This document shows, piece after piece, positions 7,155 to 14,800 of a DNA stretch of 27,151 bases. The stretch covers positions 1 to 27,151 of IMG/VR virus record IMGVR_UViG_3300032301_000404; one strand, 5' to 3'. A program made the position numbers and the translations under genes. Position 1 is the first letter of the stretch. Each line of letters opens with the position of its first letter. A model generated the notes under the pieces. The model worked only from the letters and a program-made list of their open reading frames with translations, had not been told where the DNA came from and did no database searches. The DNA comes from a virus. Lineage: Duplodnaviria > Caudoviricetes.

Positions 7155-7922
7155 ATGGCCATCAGCCTGAACTCGCTGCGCCGCACTGGCGTAGCCCGAC
7201 CGCCTCGCATCGTGCTCTACGGCACGGCCGGCATCGGCAAGACCACCTTTGCGGCGGGCGCCGATGCGCCCGTTTTCATCCCGACCGAGGAGGGCCTGGA
7301 CGCGATCCAGGCGGACGCGTTCCCGCTCTGCAAGACCTTTGAGGATGTCATTGACTGCATCGCGGTCCTGATCAGCGAGGAGCACAAGTTTCGCACGGTC
7401 GTGCTTGACAGCGCCGACTGGACCGAGCGCCTCGTTCATGGCCGCGTCGCGGCCGACAACAACGTCGCCAGCATCGACGCGATCGGCTACGGCAAGGGCT
7501 ACAAGGCCGCCGTCGACTACTGGCGCCAGATCCTCGACGGCCTGGACGTGCTCCGCAACGAGAAGGGCATGCAGGTGATCCTGCTCGCTCACTCACAGAT
7601 CAAGCGCTTCGACGACCCGCTGGCCGACCCTTACGACCGCTACCAGCTCGACCTGCACTCGGCGGTGGCGAGCGTCGTCACCGAGTGGTGCGACGTGCTG
7701 CTGTTCGCCAACCAGCGGTACAGCACGGTGAAGTCGGAGGTCGGCTTCAACCAGAAGGTCACGCGGGCGGTCGGGAACGGCGATCGCGTGATCTACACGC
7801 AGGAGCGGCCGGGCTGGCACGCGAAGTCTCGCTGGTCACTGCCCGACACCCTGCCCCTCGACTACTCGAAGTTCTCCGCGTCCCTGATGGACGCGATGAC
7901 GAACATCCAATCCGAAGCCTGA
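7155..7922 (+). CDS. AAA_24 family ATPase, Sak4-like single-strand annealing recombinase
   Basis: Walker A LYGTAGIGKTT, Walker B TVVLDSADW, LLAH, EWCDVLLF and AKSR; GGAGG RBS; adjacent to SSB and nuclease genes. Confidence 0.9.
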   Translation: MAISLNSLRRTGVARPPRIVLYGTAGIGKTTFAAGADAPVFIPTEEGLDAIQADAFPLCKTFEDVIDCIAVLISEEHKFRTVVLDSADWTERLVHGRVAADNNVASIDAIGYGKGYKAAVDYWRQILDGLDVLRNEKGMQVILLAHSQIKRFDDPLADPYDRYQLDLHSAVASVVTEWCDVLLFANQRYSTVKSEVGFNQKVTRAVGNGDRVIYTQERPGWHAKSRWSLPDTLPLDYSKFSASLMDAMTNIQSEA

Positions 7923-7944
7923 ACCCCAGAAAGGAACGCACACA

Positions 7945-8454
7945 ATGGCACGCCTTGGCTTTACCTTTGATAGCTCCAATCAGCAGGGCCAGGACACGAA
8001 CGATGTCCTCCCCGCCGGCGACTACCTGATGCAGGTCGTCCAGTCCGAGGTCCGCGCGACCAAGGACGGCAGCGGCCAGTACGTCTGGCTCGAGTTCGAC
8101 ATCCTCGATGGCGAGCACCAGGGCCGGAAGTACTGGGAACGCCTGAACATCTGGAACGCGAACCCGATGGCGGCGGAGATCGCCAACCGCGCGCTGACCT
8201 CGCTCACGCGGTCCTGCGGCATGGTGGCGATCGAGGACACCGAGGATCTGCACTTCAAGCCCATCAAGGTCCGCATGGGCGTCAGCAAGCGCAAGGACAC
8301 GGGCGAGCTGCAGAACCGTGCGACTTACTTGCAGCTGCATGAAGGGGGCGCCCCCCAGGCCCGTGGTCCGGCTCCCGCCCCGGCGGCTGGCCGCCCGGCT
8401 CCGGCCGCGTCCGCCGGCGCTAAGACGCCGCCCTGGGCCGCCCACCGCAAGTGA
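7945..8454 (+). CDS. DUF669-type single-stranded DNA-binding protein
   Basis: VLPAGDY...LEFDILDGEHQGRKYWERLN, with a Pro/Ala linker and terminal PPW motif; follows the Sak4-like gene. Confidence 0.85.
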   Translation: MARLGFTFDSSNQQGQDTNDVLPAGDYLMQVVQSEVRATKDGSGQYVWLEFDILDGEHQGRKYWERLNIWNANPMAAEIANRALTSLTRSCGMVAIEDTEDLHFKPIKVRMGVSKRKDTGELQNRATYLQLHEGGAPQARGPAPAPAAGRPAPAASAGAKTPPWAAHRK

Positions 8455-8461
8455 TCTGAAC

Positions 8462-8483
8462 GGGCGGGGCTTCGGCCCCGCCC
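8462..8483 (+). other. Perfect 9-bp GC hairpin with cUUCGg tetraloop
   Basis: GGGCGGGGC-TTCG-GCCCCGCCC between the SSB and nuclease genes; no U-tract follows. Confidence 0.85.
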
Positions 8484-8506
8484 ACCCCTCTCGCGAGCGC
8501 AGGACC

Positions 8507-9460
8507 ATGGCACCCCTTCCGCCCATCCCCCTCACGACCGTCGGCGCGATCTACGCAGCCTACGAGGCCGAGCGCGAAGACCACCGGCGCGGTCACCTTG
8601 GCGCGTCCCTGATCGGCGGCGAGTGCGATCGCGCTCTCTGGCTCTCGTTCCGCTGGGCCTCGACGCCACAATTTGACGGCCGCATGCTGCGGCTGTTCCA
8701 GACTGGCCACATGGCCGAGGCGCGCTTCGTCGCCGACCTCCGCCGTATCGGCGTGACGGTGCATGAGACCGACCCCGAGACCGGCCGCCAGATCTCCGTC
8801 TCCGCTGCCGGCGGGCACTTCTCGGGCTCCCTGGATGGCGCCGCGATCGGGATCCCCGAGGCGCCGAAGACCTGGCACGCCCTCGAGTTCAAGACGCATA
8901 ACGTCAAGTCTTTTGCCAAGCTGAAGGCGGATGGCGTCCGGAAGGCGAAGCCGCAACACTGGGCCCAGATGCAGGTCTACATGCACCTGACCGGCATGAC
9001 GCGCGCGCTCTACCTCGCGGTCTGCAAAGACACCGACGAGCTGTATGGCGAGCGGGTCGAGCACGACGAGGCCGAGAGCCTGAAGCTGGTCGCGAAGGGC
9101 CAGCGCATCGTGCAGGCGGCTCGGCCCCCCGAGCGGATCTCGGCCGACCCTGCCTGGTTCCTGTGCCGCTATTGCGACCACCGGGCCACCTGCCAGGCCA
9201 AAGCGCTGCCCGACGTGAGCTGCCGCACCTGCGCGTGGTCGACGCCGGTGGAGGACGGCACCTGGGTCTGCGACAGGCACGAGAAGATCCTGTCGATCGG
9301 CGACCAGAAGGCCGCTTGCGGGGACCACCGCTACATCCCGGATCTCGTGGCCGGGGTGCAGGTCGACGCCGGCGAGGGGGGAGAGTGGATCTCCTACGCC
9401 ATGCACGACGGGACAACCTGGACGGACGGGCGCGACGCGAAGCCGGAGCCGACGCCATGA
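8507..9460 (+). CDS. Cas4-like PD-(D/E)XK exonuclease with Cys cluster
   Basis: HLGASLIGGECDRALW, GH..E, SGSLDG, LEFKT, QMQVYM and CRYCDHRATC give the 1+3 Cys arrangement of Cas4/AddB nucleases. Start set to ATG 8507 after AGGA. Confidence 0.88.
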   Translation: MAPLPPIPLTTVGAIYAAYEAEREDHRRGHLGASLIGGECDRALWLSFRWASTPQFDGRMLRLFQTGHMAEARFVADLRRIGVTVHETDPETGRQISVSAAGGHFSGSLDGAAIGIPEAPKTWHALEFKTHNVKSFAKLKADGVRKAKPQHWAQMQVYMHLTGMTRALYLAVCKDTDELYGERVEHDEAESLKLVAKGQRIVQAARPPERISADPAWFLCRYCDHRATCQAKALPDVSCRTCAWSTPVEDGTWVCDRHEKILSIGDQKAACGDHRYIPDLVAGVQVDAGEGGEWISYAMHDGTTWTDGRDAKPEPTP

Positions 9461-11058
9461 TCCAGCTGCGGCCCTACCAGACCGAGGCGATCGAGGCCGT
9501 CTTCGGGTGGTGGGAAGAGCGTCCCGGCAATGCGCTGATCGTGCTGCCGACGGGGACCGGCAAGTCGCTGGTGCTGGCCGACACCTGCCGCCGCTGCCTG
9601 GAGTGGCCCGGCACGCGCGTCCTGGTGCTGACGCATGTCCGCGAGCTGATCCGCCAGAATGCCGAGGAGCTGCTCCGCCTCTGGCCGGAAGCGCCGATCG
9701 GCATCAATTCCGCCGGCCTGGGGAAGCGGGACTACCGGTCGCAGATCGTGTTCGCCGGCATCCAGTCCGTTCACGATCACGCGACCCGCTTCGGCAAGGT
9801 CGACATCGTGCTGGTCGACGAGGCGCATCTGATCCCGCGCACCTCAAGCACGATGTACCGGAAGTTCCTGCGCGAACTGGAGATCATCAACCCCTACCTG
9901 AAGGTGGTCGGCCTGACGGCGACGCCGTACCGGCTGGACAGCGGCCGGCTGGACCAGGGTGAGGGCGCGATCTTCGACGGCATTGCCTACGAGTACGCCA
10001 TGCGACGGGCGGTGGAAGAGGGCTATCTCTCACCGCTGATATCGAAGGCGACTGAGACGAAGCTGGACGTGACCGGCGTTGGCACGCGGGGCGGCGAGTT
10101 CATCGCGGGGGCGCTGGAGCGGGCGGTGGACATTGAGGCGATCAACCGGGCCGTCGTCGACGAGACCATCGCCTTCGGGCAGGACCGCAAGGCGTGGCTG
10201 TTCTTCTGCGCTGGCGTCCAGCATGCGCAGCACATCCGGGATCTCGTCCGAGCCCGGGGCTACACCTGCGAGAACATCTTCGGCGACACGCCGAAGGCCG
10301 AGCGCGATCTGATCGTCGCCGACTTCAAGGCGGGCAAGATCCGGGCGCTGGCGAGCATGGGCGTGCTGACGACCGGCTTTAACGCGCCGGCGGTGGACCT
10401 GATCGCGCTCGTCAGGCCGACGCAATCACCGGGGCTCTACGTCCAGATTGCCGGTCGAGGAAGCCGCCTGGCGCCTGGGAAGGAGAACTGTCTGGTTCTG
10501 GATTTCGCTCGGAACATCGAGCGCCACGGGCCGGTGGATCTCATCAACCCGCGCAAGCCGAAGCGCAGCGACGAGGAGGGCCAGGCGCCGGTGAAGACCT
10601 GTCCGGCCTGCGAGTGCTTCGTCCCGATCTCGGTGCGCGAATGCCAGGAGTGCGGTCACGAGTTCCCGCCTCCCCCGCCGCCGAAGATCGAGCGCACGGC
10701 GTCCACGCTGGCGATCCTGTCCAACGGCAAGCCGCAATGGACCCGAGTGTCGTCGGTCACCTACCACGAGCACCGCAAGGCTTCGGATCCTGATGCGCCG
10801 CCGACCCTGCGCGTCGAGTACCGCTGCGGGATGGTCACGCATCGCGAATGGGTCGCACTGGAGCACAAGGGGTATGCCCGGCAGAAAGCGGCGTCGTGGT
10901 GGGTCGGTGTCGGGGGCCGAGCCCCTGTTCCAAACAGTGTCGCCGAGGCCCTTGGGCGGGTCGGAGAGCTCCCTACCATTGAGGAAGTTCAGCTCCGCGA
11001 TGCTGGGCGACACGCCGAGATTGTGGGGCGTCGGGCTATGCGCTCGGTGCCTGCGTGA
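9457..11058 (+). CDS. SF2 DEAH-box helicase, RadD/YejH-like, with zinc ribbon
   Basis: LRPYQ, PTGTGKS, DEAH, TATP, LTTGFNAP, QIAGRGSR and CPAC...CQEC; ATGA coupling at 9457. Confidence 0.93.
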   Translation: MIQLRPYQTEAIEAVFGWWEERPGNALIVLPTGTGKSLVLADTCRRCLEWPGTRVLVLTHVRELIRQNAEELLRLWPEAPIGINSAGLGKRDYRSQIVFAGIQSVHDHATRFGKVDIVLVDEAHLIPRTSSTMYRKFLRELEIINPYLKVVGLTATPYRLDSGRLDQGEGAIFDGIAYEYAMRRAVEEGYLSPLISKATETKLDVTGVGTRGGEFIAGALERAVDIEAINRAVVDETIAFGQDRKAWLFFCAGVQHAQHIRDLVRARGYTCENIFGDTPKAERDLIVADFKAGKIRALASMGVLTTGFNAPAVDLIALVRPTQSPGLYVQIAGRGSRLAPGKENCLVLDFARNIERHGPVDLINPRKPKRSDEEGQAPVKTCPACECFVPISVRECQECGHEFPPPPPPKIERTASTLAILSNGKPQWTRVSSVTYHEHRKASDPDAPPTLRVEYRCGMVTHREWVALEHKGYARQKAASWWVGVGGRAPVPNSVAEALGRVGELPTIEEVQLRDAGRHAEIVGRRAMRSVPA

Positions 11059-11347
11059 GGCGCGGGGGTTCGGGTTTAGCCCGGGCCTCGCGAAGCTGAA
11101 GGGAAACGACGTCGGGCTGTGCTCGCGTCATTGTCAGGAGAGATACATGGTTGACCCCACCCCGAACGAGAAGGCGGCCCTTGGCGAGGCTGCTGGAGCT
11201 GCTGGGCGGCACATTGAGGTCGTCGGCAAGACCGACTTTATGGATTGGACCGAGGAAGAGTTCGACGGGCTGATCGAGGCCGCCGTCACGGCGTTCGTGG
11301 AGAAGCTGAAGGCCCTCGTGGCGAAGGACAAGGAGATCCCGTTCTGA
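11000..11347 (+). CDS. Hypothetical phage protein (DUF6511-like C-terminus, N-terminal Cys motif); alternative start ATG 11147
   Basis: CARC.REARGFG...CSRHCQ followed in frame by MVDPTPNEKAAL...GKTD...W...EIPF. A strong AGGAG RBS precedes 11147. The family name is from recollection. Confidence 0.7.
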   Translation: MLGDTPRLWGVGLCARCLREARGFGFSPGLAKLKGNDVGLCSRHCQERYMVDPTPNEKAALGEAAGAAGRHIEVVGKTDFMDWTEEEFDGLIEAAVTAFVEKLKALVAKDKEIPF

Positions 11348-11571
11348 TGATGCTGCAGCTGGACCCGCCGATGCCGCTGGAGACCCCGCGCGGCAAGGCG
11401 ATGGCGCACGTTTTAATTGATCCGGGAATTGAGCATCACCTGCTCTGGGTCTGCTTTCAGGACGAGACGGGCGAGTGCTGGACCTGGGCCAACCCCGACG
11501 TGCGGGCCCAGGCCAACCCGAGCATGGGCCGGCCGACGGTTGAGAAGCCCACGAAAGACGGAGCGCGATAG
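11347..11571 (+). CDS. Hypothetical phage protein (LQLDPP...WVCFQDETGECWTW)
   Basis: TGATG coupling to the upstream gene and GC3 bias; start moved from 11245. Confidence 0.8.
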   Translation: MMLQLDPPMPLETPRGKAMAHVLIDPGIEHHLLWVCFQDETGECWTWANPDVRAQANPSMGRPTVEKPTKDGAR

Positions 11572-11850
11572 ATGCCTCAGACACATCTTCGGCAGCTGGC
11601 GAAGCCGCCCTCGAGCCACATCACGATCCCCCGCAAGGGGGCGCCGGCGCTGAAGCTGTGGTGGCCGGCATGCCAACCCATGCCGGACCACCTGTGGCTT
11701 TTCATTCCCGTCGGAGCGCGGGAACTCATTCCCCGCTCCGAGTGGCCTCCGACAGCCCCAGAGTGGCAAGGACTGCCGGCAATCCGGCCGGCCCGTAACG
11801 TCGAATATGTTCACGGAGGCCCCGAAGTCCCGAGGTGGCAACGATCCTGA
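11572..11850 (+). CDS. Possible small Pro/Trp-rich protein overlapping the convergent gene end
   Basis: ATG directly follows the upstream TAG, GGAG lies 8 nt upstream, and the non-overlapping part has GC3-rich codons. It overlaps the 1494-aa gene by 125 bp. Confidence 0.45.
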   Translation: MPQTHLRQLAKPPSSHITIPRKGAPALKLWWPACQPMPDHLWLFIPVGARELIPRSEWPPTAPEWQGLPAIRPARNVEYVHGGPEVPRWQRS

Positions 11851-14800
11851 GCATCGCCTCGTAGTCGGGGCGGTCGCCCAGGCCGCCGAACTCTCGCAAG
11901 CGTTGCAGGTTCTGAGCCGCCTTCTGTCGCGCCGAGGGGCTGTCCAGCAGCCTCTCAAGCGCACCAGGAGGCATTTCATTGATGACGCGCATGGCCTCCT
12001 GAGTGGCCATGCCTCGCCCGGCGTTCTCAGCAGCATACAGCCGCCGCTCGCCGCCGAGGTCGACGTAGTCTCCATCGTTTCGGCCGCGCGTCACGCGGGC
12101 GCCTGGGATCGCCTGTTGGATCTCGGGGGCCACGCGCGCCATGCGTTGCCCAGCCTGACGGTTTTGGGTGTCCCCGAAGTCGAGAAGGTTCGCGCCATAG
12201 CGCGCGTTCGACATCACCAAGCTTTCACGGTCTGCGATCGCCGCCAGCGCAGCCGCCTGTTCTTGCGTGAGGGGAGCGTTGCCCTCCACTCGCAGGCTGG
12301 TGTGCTGCCCACGCCCACGCCCGACATTGTCGGTTCCGGCCGCCTGAATGTAAGACCAAGGCGTGCCTTCCTGAGCGTCCAGCAGGCCGCGCACTGCCTG
12401 CATGCCGGTCAGCGTGCGACCAGTCTCCGGCTCAACGCCGCGCATGCCGGAGCCGATGGAGACGTTGGGGGCGATGACCGTCGAAACGTCGACAGGGTTG
12501 TACTCAACCTCGCCCCTGCTGTTCCGGTAGACGCCCGGCTCGCGAGACATATACCGGTTCATCAGCCCAAGATCCTGCGCGAGCGCGTCGTTGCCCGTTG
12601 CGCTCCGCCAGGTCGCGCGGTCGGTGAACGCGCGCCGCAGCGCGCCGCCCTCGGGGGTGTTCTCCAGCATGCGCGGCAAGATGCCGGTCATCTGGCCCGG
12701 CACCTGCTCGTGCGGAAGCGAGGCGGAATAGTTGCCAGCGTAGTCGGGGTAGGTTCGGTTCATGCGCCGAACCGCCTCTTCGTAGGGAATGCCAAGGCGA
12801 GCGGCCATGTCGCGCGCACCCTTCACCACCCATGCCAGCTCTTGGATGTTGGCTGCCGACAAGGGGTTGTCGCCGCCGAGGCGAGCGCGGTTGGCGCGAT
12901 CGACCGCCAGCACAGTTTCGTAGTCCATGAAGGTGTGCATGCTCGGCGTGATGCTGCCGCTGAACGCGCCTTCGCTTCCATCTGGGTTCCGATAGCCGAA
13001 AGCGCGGGCCATCCAGGTGTCGTTCGTGCCCGTCGGAGCGTAGGGCGCGCTCGGGTCGATCTGCTGGGCGTAGACGCCGGTCTTCCTGCCGAGGCGCATG
13101 TTCGGGACGTCGTCGATGCGCGTGTCTTCTTCAGGGAAGAAGCGGCTGTTGTGCCCCATGCCGACAGCGTCTTCCTCGCCACGCACAACGCGCCCGAGCC
13201 TGGTTGCGGGATCGCTCTCCATCGCTGCGCGGGCTTCATTGTAGCGGGCCGCTTGCGCTCCTGTGCGAACCAGGGCGCGCGGGTCGCCGCGCTCGTAGGC
13301 GTTGAGCGCCTGAGCCTGGAAGTTCAGATTGGTGTCAGGCGATGCCTGTGGGGAGAAGAGGCCTAGACCCTGCGAGATGTGCCGCTCGCGCGTTGGGTCG
13401 CCGCCGGCGATTTCGCGGGTGAAGTCGCGGCTGCGCTCATACCAACCACGATACGGCACCCCTTCCTCGATCATCTGATCAAGCTCTGCGCGCATCCGGG
13501 CCAGGTCTTCTGGTGTCCTAATCCAATCAGGCGCGGCGACGTAGCTACCATCCGGTCGGCGGATGATATGAGGCTCCAACCTGGCCGTAACAGCCGCGTC
13601 TTCTGCCGACATGCGCCGAAGGTTGGGGGCGGCTGCAATGCCGCGCGTGCCACCTCCAATGCCGACGTCAGTTCCCTCGTTGACCAGCTCGGTGCCGGCA
13701 GCACGGGGAGCCTCCTCCCCCTTTCCGGCGGCACGCCTGGCCGCAGTCAGCCCGCCCTCCGTCGCCTCGCCGCCCTCCGGCACCAGCCGCTCGGCGAGCG
13801 CCCGCGCAACCTTCATCACCGCGCCGCCTCGGCTGTAGCCGCCGATCGCCGCAGCGCGGCGGGCGCCCTCGGGCGCCATGCGCTTGCCCATCTCCTCGAT
13901 GATCGCCTCGACGATCGGGCTCATCTTGGGTTCTTTCACTCGACCACCCTTCGCAAAGCCGGTGTTGTCGGGCGGGCCAGGGGGCGGGATGGTCACGGTA
14001 GGCTCGCGGCGAGGCGGCTTCGGCATGTTGTCGACGGCAGTCGATGCGGCGCGGAGCCCCTTCAAGATCTCTGGGCCAGTCGGCCCCGCCAGCAACGCGT
14101 TGATGCGCGCTGGGTCGTTCGACGACATGATCTCGCCGATTTCGCGCATAACTTTTTCGCTCACGCTGGCGCGACCGCGCGACAAGAGGCCGACAACCAG
14201 AGCGCCCAGGCTGCCGCCCAGCGCCAATCCAGTTACGGGATCGCCGGCGGAAAAAGCCCCCGCAGCACCGCCACCGACAACGCCAATGCCTATGTCTCGA
14301 GCCTGCCGGATGCTGCTCGAGTTGCCAGTCACCGCCGTGTACAGCCGGTTCATAATCTGCTCGCGGCGAGCGAAGCCCTCCAGCTGACGCAACTCGTCGG
14401 GCGGGAAGACCAACTCCAGCTTCTTCCGGTCGACGCCGTCGAACATCTTCACGACGTCGCGGCCTTTGGGTGCCGTTCGCAAGGTGTGCGCAAGCTCAGA
14501 CGCAAAGCCTCGGCGGAACATTTCCCGCTCGGGCTCGCTCATACCTTGGAAGGCCTTCTGAGCTTCGGTCAGCTGAATGCCTTGCCTCTGGCGGAGGAAA
14601 AGTTGGCCAGCCTCGCCCGCGTCCTCCGCCCCAAAGAACTGACGCGCCATGCCGCGTGCCTGCCCGAACTCCGGCACGGTCGCATCAAGTTCCTTATTCA
14701 GAAGGCGCCGAAGATCTTCCAACTCGCGAGCATCGTCGCTGCCGCGAGGCGCGGCCTGAGCCATGCCTCGCAGGTTTCGCTGAACGTGATCCCAGAACTG

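Noticed and set aside
8318-9460. CRISPR-Cas locus suggested by the Cas4-like gene
   Set aside because: No cas1/cas2 and no repeat-spacer array; the context is a phage recombination module.
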